DNA of 64,000 nucleotides from an uncultured Bacteroidales bacterium (GCA_963791065.1 CAWBQN010000026.1:217-64216), one strand, 5' to 3'. Counted from the stretch's first letter, positions 48,350 through 57,942 are shown. Numbers and translations: made by a program. The notes: generated from the sequence alone by a model not told the origin.

Positions 48350-49591
48350 ATGAACGCTAACAATAATGAGGCTACGACTCTCCACGGAGAGAGTCGCCTC
48401 GTGGGTTGCTCTTCTGATGAAGAGCCTGGCGCGAAAACCACGATTTTTTCGCAAAACGAAATCCCAATTCCGTTAGTTAGCAACCGAAGTTCGGAGTTCA
48501 TGCACCGCTACTTCCCCCTAACGACTATCGATTCCTGGAATGATTGGAAATGGCAACTTCGGAATGCATTCACAAGCATTGAAGACCTAAAGAAAATCAT
48601 GAAATTATCCGAAAAGGAGATTCTGGCTATTAATAATCTAAAGGGCCGCCTTCCGCTCAGGATCACTCCCTATTTTGCTTCATTGATCTACAACAGCAGA
48701 CCCTCTGACCCTTTGCGGCGGAATGTAATCCCTGTTGTTGAGGAATTGCTTGAAACAAGTAGTGAACAGTCTGATCCTCTGCACGAAAAGTCATTCTCCC
48801 CGGTTAAAGGAATTGTTCATAGATACCCCGACAGGGTATTATTTACAGTAACCCAGGTATGTTCGAATTATTGCAGGTATTGTACGCGTTCACATTCAGT
48901 CGGAAGGCTTGATAAGCTCGGAAGACAGGATTTTGAAAGAGCATTTAATTATATCGCCACTCATAAGGAAGTGCGTGATGTATTGATAAGCGGTGGAGAT
49001 CCGCTGACATTAAGTGATGAAACTCTCGATTATATCCTTTCAAATATCCGAAGTATCGAGCATGTTGAGATAATAAGAATCGGAACCAGGATTCCTGTAG
49101 TACTTCCACAGAGAGTTACTGATAATTTGATAAGCATTCTAAGAAAATATCACCCGTTGTTCATCAGCCTGCATTTTTCTCATCCCGATGAGATAACGAG
49201 TGAATGTGCTAAGGCCTGTAACAAACTGGCTGATGGCGGATTTCCGCTTGGAAGTCAGACAGTTCTGCTTAAAGGTATAAATGATAATGTTCCTGTGATG
49301 ACGGAACTCATGCACCGTTTGCTGAAGATCAGGGTAAGACCCTATTATCTTTATCAATGTGATTTGATACCAGGATCAGGTCATTTCAGAACTACCGTCA
49401 AAAAAGGTCTTGAAATAATAAAAGGGCTCAGAGGCTTCACGAGCGGTTATGCTGTACCTACATTTGTTATTGATGCTCCCGGTGGCGGCGGTAAGATACC
49501 ATTGCTTCCAAACTATGTTGTAGAGCACAATGACGAACGGATAGTGTTGCGTAACTACAAAGGTGCTTTGTGCGAATATCCTGAAAAATAG
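48350..49591 (+). CDS. KamA-family radical SAM aminomutase (lysine 2,3-aminomutase-like)
   Basis: WNDWKWQL, ITPYF, DPLHE, HRYPDRVLF, CSNYCRYCTR, SGGDPL, RIGTR, QTVLLKGIND, PYYLYQCD, DAPGGGGKIP. Substrate not assignable. Confidence 0.92.
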   Translation: MNANNNEATTLHGESRLVGCSSDEEPGAKTTIFSQNEIPIPLVSNRSSEFMHRYFPLTTIDSWNDWKWQLRNAFTSIEDLKKIMKLSEKEILAINNLKGRLPLRITPYFASLIYNSRPSDPLRRNVIPVVEELLETSSEQSDPLHEKSFSPVKGIVHRYPDRVLFTVTQVCSNYCRYCTRSHSVGRLDKLGRQDFERAFNYIATHKEVRDVLISGGDPLTLSDETLDYILSNIRSIEHVEIIRIGTRIPVVLPQRVTDNLISILRKYHPLFISLHFSHPDEITSECAKACNKLADGGFPLGSQTVLLKGINDNVPVMTELMHRLLKIRVRPYYLYQCDLIPGSGHFRTTVKKGLEIIKGLRGFTSGYAVPTFVIDAPGGGGKIPLLPNYVVEHNDERIVLRNYKGALCEYPEK

Positions 49592-49600
49592 GGCTTATAG

Positions 49601-50569
49601 ATGAAAGTTGGCTTGACGTATGATCTTCGGTCATGGTATATTGACCGTGGATATTCCATGGATGAAACTGCCGAATTCGACAAGCAGGAAACAGTCGATG
49701 CAATAGAAAATTCACTGAGACAGATGGGGCATGAGCCTGAACCTGTAGGCAATACATTTCAACTTATTGAAGCTCTTGCAGCAGGTAAAAGGTGGGATAT
49801 TGTATTTAATATAGCCGAAGGTTTGTATGGTGATGGCAGAGAGTCTGTTGTGCCTGCTATACTTGACCAGTACAAAATACCATACGTCTTCAGTGGTCCC
49901 GTAATTATGGGTTTGTCGCTTAATAAGCATCTGGCCAAATTAGTGGCTGCATCGGCAGGAGTTCCTGTCAGTCCCGGATGTCTGATAACCGAATTTAAAG
50001 ATCTCGACAAATGCAATCTTAATTATCCTCTCTTCGTTAAACCGGTATCAGAGGGAACAGGTAAGGGAATTACTGAAAATAGTCTGGTACGTTCCTCAGA
50101 AGAATTGTCTAAAATGGTCAAATGGATCCTTTCAGAATTCCATCAGCCTGCCCTGGTTGAAGAGTATTTACCGGGACGGGAATTCACGGTCGGATTGGTC
50201 GGATATGGTGATGAAGCAGTTGTGATTGGCGGAATGGAAGTAATATGTGCCAATAATCTGCCATATTCGGTTGAAGTAAAAGAGAATTATCAGGATTACT
50301 GCAAGTACAAACCTCTTGATGGTGATATTATTGGTGAATGCAAGGATGTCGCCCTGGGCGCATGGAAAGCATTAGATGCAGTTGATGCAGGAAGAGTTGA
50401 TCTGAAAGCAGACCGCAATGGAAAAATATGCTTCATCGAAGCAAATCCCCTTGCCGGCCTTAACCCCATTCATTCCGATCTGCCTATTTTAGCACGAATG
50501 TATGGTACAGAATACCAGACATTACTCGAAATGATCATGGAGTCAGCCATCAAAAGGATGAAGCGGTAA
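49601..50569 (+). CDS. D-Ala-D-Ala ligase-like ATP-grasp enzyme 1
   Basis: VFNIAEG, YPLFVKPVSEGTGKGI, LVEEYLPGREFTVG, GRVDLK, FIEANPLAGL. Confidence 0.87.
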   Translation: MKVGLTYDLRSWYIDRGYSMDETAEFDKQETVDAIENSLRQMGHEPEPVGNTFQLIEALAAGKRWDIVFNIAEGLYGDGRESVVPAILDQYKIPYVFSGPVIMGLSLNKHLAKLVAASAGVPVSPGCLITEFKDLDKCNLNYPLFVKPVSEGTGKGITENSLVRSSEELSKMVKWILSEFHQPALVEEYLPGREFTVGLVGYGDEAVVIGGMEVICANNLPYSVEVKENYQDYCKYKPLDGDIIGECKDVALGAWKALDAVDAGRVDLKADRNGKICFIEANPLAGLNPIHSDLPILARMYGTEYQTLLEMIMESAIKRMKR

Positions 50570-50609
50570 TAATACTTAAATTAAAATTAAAGTTCAGAGC
50601 ACAGGAGCT

Positions 50610-51575
50610 ATGCAGAGATGTTGTATTATCTATAATGAACCGCGGCAGGATGCTTTAGCTGATGAACTCGATGTATTGGACCAGGTGGCACATATTGAAA
50701 AACACCTGGTTGATCTTGGAATATCGGTCTATAGAAAAGGTATCACGGAGAGGTTTATGTTTGAGATTGGAGAACTGGTCAAAGAAAAGCCGGACTTCGT
50801 TTTTAACCTGGTTGAATCAATAAATAATAAAGGGGAACTTATATATTTTGTTCCTGCCCTGCTGAATTTATACTCTATCCCATACTCAGGTAATTCCCTT
50901 GAATCGATATTCCTGACAACAAATAAAACTATCTGCAGTAAAAGCCTGAAGCAGGCAGGAATTAATAATCCGCAATTATACCTGCCTTCTCAGTTTAAAT
51001 CGCTGACAGCAGGAAAAAAGTATATTGTGAAGCCAATATGGGAAGACGGTTCTCTTGGAATTACAAGTGAATCAGTTTTTGAATGCAAACCAGGGTTTGA
51101 GGAACGATTAAAAGGACTTGATGATTCACACTGGTTTATTGAAGATTATATTGACGGAAGAGAGTTCAATATAAGTGTTCTTGCAGGGAAGGATGGTCCT
51201 GAAGTTATGCCTCCCGCTGAAATAGTTTTTGTGAATTATGATGAAAACAGGCCAAGGATCATCGATTTTAAGGCAAAGTGGGAGATAGAGAGCTTCGAGT
51301 ACATAAATACAGTCCGCGAATTTCCCGGAAATAAACTTAATTCGAAGCTGGCAGCAAATCTTAAAAATGCAGCCCTCTCCTGCTGGCATTTATTTGGACT
51401 TAAAGGGTATGTAAGAGTCGATGTCAGAACCGACAGTGAGGATAATGTATATGTGATAGAGATAAACGGTAATCCATGTATTTCGCCTGACGGTGGATTT
51501 GTAGCTGCTACCAGAGAAGCAGGATATCCGTTTACCGAAGTCCTGACACGGATCATCACGGATTTGAACAAGTGA
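50610..51575 (+). CDS. D-Ala-D-Ala ligase-like ATP-grasp enzyme 2
   Basis: FVFNLVES, YIVKPIWEDGSLGI, FIEDYIDGREFNIS, YVRVDVR, IEINGNPCISPD. Confidence 0.87.
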   Translation: MQRCCIIYNEPRQDALADELDVLDQVAHIEKHLVDLGISVYRKGITERFMFEIGELVKEKPDFVFNLVESINNKGELIYFVPALLNLYSIPYSGNSLESIFLTTNKTICSKSLKQAGINNPQLYLPSQFKSLTAGKKYIVKPIWEDGSLGITSESVFECKPGFEERLKGLDDSHWFIEDYIDGREFNISVLAGKDGPEVMPPAEIVFVNYDENRPRIIDFKAKWEIESFEYINTVREFPGNKLNSKLAANLKNAALSCWHLFGLKGYVRVDVRTDSEDNVYVIEINGNPCISPDGGFVAATREAGYPFTEVLTRIITDLNK

Positions 51576-51609
51576 TTATTTTACTTGTTTTTCTTATTTT
51601 CCAATTTTA

Positions 51610-51978
51610 ATGAAAGGTTTATATACAGTTCTGTTGCTGGTGATGTCAAATACTTTTATGACTGTTGCATGGTATGGACATCTGAAACTCCGGACCATGA
51701 GTCGGTTTGAGAACATTAGCTTGTTTGCCGTAATTTTAATGAGTTGGGGAATAGCTTTTTTTGAGTACTCCCTTCAGGTTCCGGCGAACAGGATTGGCTT
51801 CAAAGCAAATGGCGGTCCATTCTCACTCATCGAGTTAAAGGTTATCCAGGAAGTGATATCAATAATGGTCTTTACGGGATTTACACTCATTGTCTTCAAA
51901 AACGAACATTTCAGGTTAAATCACGTGATCGGATTCATATTTCTGATACTGGCAGTATATTTTATTTTTAAGAAGTAA
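51610..51978 (+). CDS. Small DMT-family membrane protein (DUF486-like)
   Basis: SNTFMTVAWYGHLK, SWGIAFFEYSLQVPANRIG, LKVIQEVI. Confidence 0.85.
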   Translation: MKGLYTVLLLVMSNTFMTVAWYGHLKLRTMSRFENISLFAVILMSWGIAFFEYSLQVPANRIGFKANGGPFSLIELKVIQEVISIMVFTGFTLIVFKNEHFRLNHVIGFIFLILAVYFIFKK

Positions 51979-51981
51979 CTT

Positions 51982-52440
51982 TTATTTAATCAGATTGGCA
52001 TTATAATACTGAGGTAAACCGGTCACTTCTTCTCCCAGCCATCCGGGTTTTTCAAAATATTCATCATCTGAAGTAAGCTCGATTTCAGCAATTATCAGAC
52101 CTTCGTTCTTATCATGAAAAACATCGATCTCGAAAGTATGTTTCCCGGAGGGTACCAGGTATCGTGTTTTGACCACCTTTCCCGGAATTCCAATTGACAT
52201 CATTTCCTCTGCGTCCGTGACCGGGATCTGAACTTGCCATTCATTTCTGGTAATTGAGTTTTCTACGGGTCTCGATTTAATAGTAAGATATGCTATTGAG
52301 TCGGCTATCCGGAGTCGTATGGTTTTATCGGGATCAATAGTAAGGTAAGACTGTACAATTTTTATCTCCCTTACTGCCAGATGTCTGAATTCTCCTTTAA
52401 CAAGGAATTTACGTTCCGTTTCAGTTGCCATTTTTGCCAT
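51982..52440 (-). CDS. CYTH domain protein
   Basis: ETERKFLV, IRLRI, YLTIK, KTRY, FEIDVF, AEIEL, WLGEEVTG..YYN. Start 52440 or 52431. Confidence 0.9.
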   Translation of the reverse strand: MAKMATETERKFLVKGEFRHLAVREIKIVQSYLTIDPDKTIRLRIADSIAYLTIKSRPVENSITRNEWQVQIPVTDAEEMMSIGIPGKVVKTRYLVPSGKHTFEIDVFHDKNEGLIIAEIELTSDDEYFEKPGWLGEEVTGLPQYYNANLIK

Positions 52441-52463
52441 AAAGTTAGAGTTTTTTCGTTTTC

Positions 52464-52568
52464 TGACCGCAAAGCACGCAAAGAAGGCGCAAAGCACGTG
52501 AAGTCAGACTATTGCATACCTTTGCGACCTTTGCGTGAAACTTTGCGACCTTTGCGGTTAATGGATTT
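52464..52568. repeat. CGCAAAG-unit hairpin element, copy 3
   Basis: TGACCGCAAAGCACGCAAAGAAGGCGCAAAG ... CTTTGCGACCTTTGCGTGAAACTTTGCGACCTTTGCGGTTAATGGATTT. Confidence 0.8.
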
Positions 52569-52617
52569 CTTTAAATTCCTTACTTTTATCTTTGTTTTTT
52601 ACTTTTATCTTTTACCA

Positions 52618-53283
52618 ATGGATGTTAAGATTGAACCAACCTGGAAGATGAAGCTTCAGGAAGAATTTGAGAAAGAATATTTCACAAGACTTACCGCATA
52701 CATAAAGGAAGAATACAGACTAAAGACAATTTATCCCCCCGGAAGCCTGATCTTTAATGCTTTCAACCTCTGCCCCTTCCAGAATGTGAAAGCGGTTATA
52801 ATCGGTCAGGATCCTTACCACGGACCAGGACAGGCACATGGTCTATGTTTTTCCGTCAGAGAGGGCATTGATTTTCCTCCGAGCCTGATCAATATCTTTA
52901 AAGAAATAGAATCCGATCTGGGTGTTCAAAAGGGGAAAAGCGGGAATCTGGAGAGGTGGGCAGCTCAGGGGGTATTGCTTCTGAACGCAACACTAACCGT
53001 AAGAGCCCATCAAGCCGGGTCGCACCAGAAAAAAGGATGGGAAGAATTTACCGACAGGGTAATTACTATCCTTAACGGTGAGAAAAAGAACGTTGTTTTT
53101 TTCCTTTGGGGAGCCTATGCACAAAAAAAAGGTGAAGCTATTGACCGGTCAAAACATCTGGTACTGGAATCTGTTCACCCCTCTCCTCTTTCTGCTTCAA
53201 GAGGCTTCTTTGGGAATAAGCATTTCAGCAAATGCAATGAATATTTGTTGGCAAATGGAATTGAACCGATAAACTGGCAGTAA
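52618..53283 (+). CDS. ung: Uracil-DNA glycosylase
   Basis: GQDPYHG, QAHGLCFSV, PPSLINI, GVLLLNATLTV, HPSPLS. Start ATG 52618, with a -7 box TATCTTTG at 52587-52594. Confidence 0.97.
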   Translation: MDVKIEPTWKMKLQEEFEKEYFTRLTAYIKEEYRLKTIYPPGSLIFNAFNLCPFQNVKAVIIGQDPYHGPGQAHGLCFSVREGIDFPPSLINIFKEIESDLGVQKGKSGNLERWAAQGVLLLNATLTVRAHQAGSHQKKGWEEFTDRVITILNGEKKNVVFFLWGAYAQKKGEAIDRSKHLVLESVHPSPLSASRGFFGNKHFSKCNEYLLANGIEPINWQ

Positions 53284-53285
53284 TT

Positions 53286-53394
53286 AAATCCATTAACCGC
53301 AAAGAACGCAAAGAATAGCAAAGTACGCAAAGTTGAAATCTTGATAATAAAATCTTTGCGACCTTTGCAAAAATTTTGCGATCTCTGCGGTTAA
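53286..53394. repeat. CGCAAAG-unit hairpin element, copy 4 (opposite orientation)
   Basis: AAATCCATTAACCGCAAAGAACGCAAAG ... CTTTGCGACC ... CTCTGCGGTTAA, between convergent genes. Confidence 0.8.
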
Positions 53395-53411
53395 AAAAAG
53401 CTTTAAACCGA

Positions 53412-54593
53412 TCATTTGTTATCTAATTTGTCCAATGCTTTTTTTATGGTATCCTCAAGTTCACTATACTCTTCGAAGCCGACAGACAGCCTTATCATTC
53501 CCGGTTCGGGATATTTAGTTCCCCACACAGCTTCAACAGGCATGAGTATAGTATGAGGATCACCCAGTGTGGGAATAAGCTTGATCTTACCGGAAACCAG
53601 ACTTATGAATTTATCCCTCCTGCTCCTCTTCTCGTCCCTGTCCTTCCCGTCAAAATTAAAGGTTATCATGCCTCCAAAGCCTTTTCCCCGGAACAGCTTA
53701 TCTGCAACTTTGTGGGTGTTGTGACTTTTTAGTCCCGGATACCATACCTCTTTGATTGAAGGTATCCCGACAAGGTATTCAGCTAACCTGAATGCATTCT
53801 CGCATTGACGCGAAAACCTGAGTTCAAAAGATTGAATCTGGGTCTGCAACCTGTATGCATCGTCGGGAGATAACATATGTCCCACGAATTTTCTATACTC
53901 GATTGCAGATTTCATTATTTCTTCATCATTTCCGCAAATTACTCCTGCTGAAAGGTTTCCATGACCAGAGAAATATTTTGTCACACTGTGAATTACTATA
54001 TCTGCTTCCTCTTTTAAGGGCATATATAGAAATGGTGTAGCAAATGTGTTATCAATTATGACCCTGGTTCCCTTTTTCTTTGCTATACTGATTATCTCCG
54101 ATACATCAGCTACGATCAGCATCGGATTTGATATTGTCTCAATATAGACGAATTCAGGTTTTAATGCAGATAAAACATCTTCAAATTTTGTAAGGTCATA
54201 GTTCCCATTGTCAGGCGTAAAATATTGAATGTCGAGACCTCGTCTGTTCTTCAGGACCGACTCTATAAATGAAATTGTACCTCCATAGATTTCGGTAAAA
54301 AATAACCATGGTCTGGTATCTTTTCCGCGTTGAAAGACTGATAGAGCAGTATCAATTGCCGACATTCCCGACTGTGTGAGCAGGGCCCATTTACAACCTT
54401 CGAGACGCATTATTTCCTCTTCTGCAGAAACAACAGTAGGATTCCTGTAACGCGAATAAATATACATATCAGGTTCACGAAAGTGATCAGTCTCTTTTTT
54501 GAAAGCGTCTGCTGTTGTTTGTGCGTCATATAGTTCAAAACCTGCGTCCCTGTAAACCGGCATCCTGGAACTGTTAACTTCTTTTCTTTTCAT
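53412..54593 (-). CDS. PLP-dependent trans-sulfuration family enzyme (cystathionine/methionine lyase-like)
   Basis: YSRYRNPT, SGMSAI, IYGGT, ETISNP, DNTFATP, HSVTKYFSGH (PLP lysine), IRLSVGFE. Confidence 0.9.
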   Translation of the reverse strand: MKRKEVNSSRMPVYRDAGFELYDAQTTADAFKKETDHFREPDMYIYSRYRNPTVVSAEEEIMRLEGCKWALLTQSGMSAIDTALSVFQRGKDTRPWLFFTEIYGGTISFIESVLKNRRGLDIQYFTPDNGNYDLTKFEDVLSALKPEFVYIETISNPMLIVADVSEIISIAKKKGTRVIIDNTFATPFLYMPLKEEADIVIHSVTKYFSGHGNLSAGVICGNDEEIMKSAIEYRKFVGHMLSPDDAYRLQTQIQSFELRFSRQCENAFRLAEYLVGIPSIKEVWYPGLKSHNTHKVADKLFRGKGFGGMITFNFDGKDRDEKRSRRDKFISLVSGKIKLIPTLGDPHTILMPVEAVWGTKYPEPGMIRLSVGFEEYSELEDTIKKALDKLDNK

Positions 54594-55893
54594 TTCTCTC
54601 AGAATTTAGTTGTTGGTCAATCAATTTATAAATATTCAATGGATTGAAATCTATATAAAAAAGTATCCGGTCAAAAAGTTCACCAATTAAAAACAAGGAT
54701 ACTATAAAAAGATCCGGATACGAAATATCTGAAACCATGCTGATGCCTGAAACGATGAGAAAAGCTATCCGCAGGAATCTCAGACCAAAATTCTGTTTAT
54801 ATACCTGATTAACTGACAGTCTGTAGAAAGATGATATCAGTTTAATTAAAGCCGTAAAAAGAAATGGAAGCGTACTGTCACTAAAAAATGAAATTATCAG
54901 CAATGCAGATATGAAAGTCTGTCCGCTATGCAGAACGACCGGAAAGCGTTTGTCTGCAGAGACATATACATTATCTATCAGAAGCAGGAATGCCATACCT
55001 ATAATTGACGAAACGATGATAAGACCCGGAATGTGAAACATAACAGTCAGTGCAGAGACTGTGGCAAACGCTAAAAAAGCTGCTATCTCACGGCTTAAAG
55101 CCGAGTGACTCAGATTGGCAACTGATCTCCATGCCCTTGTTTTTTGTCCAAGGTGGTAAAAGGAGACCGCTCCGGTAAGCATAAGGACCGGAAGGAAAAT
55201 CATTGCCGGGGGAAATACTCCTTTTATGAAAGACGAAGAAATTGCTGAAACTGAGAGTGTCGCCAGATAACTAAATGCGATCAGGCTCCATTCATCTGAT
55301 ATGTTAGTACCAGGATTTGAGGGAACCTTATCAACAGGTCCATAAATATTTTCAGGAATGATTTTTAAAGTGGTGCTGTCAGATTTCGCTGTAAACTCAA
55401 TTGCCGGATTCAGTTCCTTATCGGGGAACCAGGAATATACCAGACCGGGATCATGTTCAGTGAATTCACCAAATCTTAAAGCACCCGTCGGACAGCCCGA
55501 AGAACATGCAGGCTGACGACCCTCAATCAGCAAGGAATAGCAAAGGTTACATTTAATTATGCTCCTTGTTTCAGAATCATATTTTGGTGCATCATAGGGG
55601 CAGTTCCATTGGCAGTACCTGCATCCTATGCATCTGGTTTCGTCGAGTATTATTGCTCCGGTAACAGGTTCGCGGCTGTAAGCTGATGTCGGGCAGCCAT
55701 CCATGCAGGCAGCTGATTCACAATGGTTACAGGCCAGGGAAAGATGAAGCAGCGGAAATCCGGGTTCAGCTTGCGAATTATAAGTATAAATATTCCTAGG
55801 ATGGCCTTTCCATCCGTTCTCAAGAATACAGGCTGCATTACAGGCGTTACAGTTAACGCATCTTGTATGATCAAAAATAAAGCCTTTGCGCAT
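54574..55893 (-). CDS. DmsB-like 4Fe-4S subunit fused to a DmsC-like membrane anchor
   Basis: CVNCNACNAAC, ACNHCESAACMDGCP, CIGCRYCQWNCPY, KCNLC..PACSSGCPTGAL; then EWSLIAFS, SFYHLG..RAW....NL..S.LSREI and TM helices. Confidence 0.88.
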   Translation of the reverse strand: MRKGFIFDHTRCVNCNACNAACILENGWKGHPRNIYTYNSQAEPGFPLLHLSLACNHCESAACMDGCPTSAYSREPVTGAIILDETRCIGCRYCQWNCPYDAPKYDSETRSIIKCNLCYSLLIEGRQPACSSGCPTGALRFGEFTEHDPGLVYSWFPDKELNPAIEFTAKSDSTTLKIIPENIYGPVDKVPSNPGTNISDEWSLIAFSYLATLSVSAISSSFIKGVFPPAMIFLPVLMLTGAVSFYHLGQKTRAWRSVANLSHSALSREIAAFLAFATVSALTVMFHIPGLIIVSSIIGMAFLLLIDNVYVSADKRFPVVLHSGQTFISALLIISFFSDSTLPFLFTALIKLISSFYRLSVNQVYKQNFGLRFLRIAFLIVSGISMVSDISYPDLFIVSLFLIGELFDRILFYIDFNPLNIYKLIDQQLNSERNEKKRS

Positions 55894-55895
55894 AA

Positions 55896-57925
55896 CTATT
55901 CAACTCTTTCAATTTCAACCCTGTTATCATGAAATGCGGCGCCATATCCAATATCGGTTTCCACACCGGCAACCAGTTTATTGCCACCGCCCTGTTCATT
56001 TAACCATATCCCGTTTGGCAAGACTACCAGTCCTTTTGGAACTCTTGCAGAAATTTCAGCTCTGCTTACAAGTTCTCCTGTCTGGTTGAATATCCTTATT
56101 GTCTGACCGGTTTGTATATTTCGCTTCCCGGCATCAGCTGAAGATATTTTAACATGCGGTTCAGTGCAGGTCTCCCTGATTATTTTCAGATTACCAAATT
56201 GTGAATGGATGCGGCTACCGGCATTTGGTGTAATGAATACCAACGGGAATTTTTTTTCATCCTGAGAAGGAATTATTGCACAGTAATCAGGTAATGGAGA
56301 TATTCCCCATTTCTCCGATGCAACTTCGGAATATATTTCTATTTTTCCTGAAGGTGTCTCAAATTTCAGGTCTTCCCAGGCAATTTGTTGCAGGCCGGGA
56401 GCCAGAACCGGAGACTCTCTAAGCTGGCTCATGTTTATTGCCGGATATCCACTGATCCGTTTTTCAAGCCATTTCTCAATGTTCTGTTTCCAGGCTGTGG
56501 AATAAGATCGCTGCCCGGATCGAGGTTCAGCTTCTTAGCCAGGTGAAAGTAAATTTCACTTTCCGGCATGACTTCTCCGGGTGAGTGAATCACTTTAGGC
56601 TTAAACTGCACGTATGGAGACCAGTATGAACCTATAATATCAGATTGCTCAAACATATCCTTTGCTGGCAGAATAATATCAGCAAGAGTTGCGGTATCAG
56701 TCATGAATTGTTCAATGACTACTATAAACTTCAGCTTTGAGAAGGCATTTCTTATGGCATTTGTATCAGGCGACTGCAGAAGTGGATTTCCTCTTTCAAC
56801 CCAGGCAGCTTTGAGCTCAGGGTCGCTGGCATTCAGCATATCAGAGCCCAGTTTTGCCATGGAGATTGATCGCCGGAATGGTATATCCTTTTCAGGATCA
56901 GGATAATATGATAGCGGCTCTTTAATGTCATCGAAGACATAGCTCTGGAGGTTTGCATAGTTAAAGCCTGAACCAGGTTTCCCAATATTTCCCGTCAGCA
57001 CTGATAGCAACAGGATCGCTCGTATGGTCTGGCCACCGTTCTGATGGCGCTGTAATCCATATCCGGGCAGGATGGTCATTGGTCCGTTCTGTCCTATCAA
57101 ACAGGCCAGCTCATTGATATTTTCTGCGGGAATACCTGTAATTAATTCAGCCACAGCCGGAGAAATATGGAGTGACTGTTTTAATTCATTATATCCCTTT
57201 ACATTTCTTGCAATGAATTCATGATCAATCAGGTCATTGTCAATGAGCGACTTAGCTAATGCAAGTGCCAGCGCCCCATCTGTTCCGGGTTTAGGGCTTA
57301 ACAGAATATCTGCTTTATCTGCTGTAGGTGTCCTTAAGGGATCAATAACTATGATCCTGCACCCTTTTTCCCTGGCTGCAGCAATAAAAGAAATCTCCTG
57401 AATATTGGTTTCAGCGGGATTTTTGCCCCAGATAATGATCGTCTTTGCATTGACCAGATCCCATGGAACATTATGCTTCACTGAACCCAATGTAAGTCTT
57501 ACAGCTTCAAGTCCTGCAGGCCAGCAAAGGTTGCCGTAGGTAATTGTCGTACCTCCGAATGCTTTCCAGAATGTATTTCCAATTTCATTTGTAAGACCTG
57601 ACATTCCGCTGCCTCTGTACCAGAGTATGCTGTGAGGTCCCCATTTTTCTTTTATAAGAGAGAGCTCATTTGCTATAATATCAAGAGCCTTTTCACTACT
57701 GATTTCTTCAAATTGTCCTGATGAATTTTTTCGCAAAGGATGAATGATCCTTTCAGGTGAATATGTTCTTTCGATATATGATAATCCTTTGATACATGGT
57801 CCTTCGGGAGTTGCCAGGTTCCCCGAATAGGGAAGTATCCTTCTGATCCGGTTGTTCTCAACCTGCACTCTGAATGTACATGTGCTATAGCAGTTTCTCG
57901 GACAAGCAGTTACGAATTCTTCCAT
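55896..57925 (-). CDS. Molybdopterin (Mo/W-bisPGD) oxidoreductase catalytic subunit, split by a 1-nt frameshift (ORFs 56435-57925 and 55896-56432)
   Basis: TACPRNCYSTC..CIKG, WGKNP, VIDP.RT.TA, PGTDGALAL, GYGLQRH, EQFMTDTATLADIILPA; second ORF has FETPSGKIEIYS, IHSQF and the dinucleotide-binding domain. Confidence 0.88.
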
Positions 57926-57942
57926 TATTCAATTGATAATGG

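Noticed and set aside
48399-48443. Possible hammerhead ribozyme (CTGATGA ... GAAA with flanking TCGTGG/CCACGA pairing)
   Set aside because: Stem II cannot form properly, there is no stem I, the cleavage-site residue would be G, and CTGATGA is sequestered in a competing GCTCTTC/GAAGAGC hairpin.
49601-51575. Housekeeping ddl or vancomycin-resistance ligases
   Set aside because: They lack the Ddl GGxSxE motif, have no mur or van gene context, and are paired with an aminomutase instead.
52381-52617. N-terminal extensions of ung and CYTH (and of the FGGY kinase at 38236-38313)
   Set aside because: They translate the CGCAAAG repeat elements (e.g. PLRPLRETLRPLR) and are not protein-like.
38273-53394. 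CRISPR array interpretation of the CGCAAAG/CACAAAG repeats
   Set aside because: Units are 9-10 nt, arranged as inverted arms without unique 30-40 nt spacers, and no cas genes are present.
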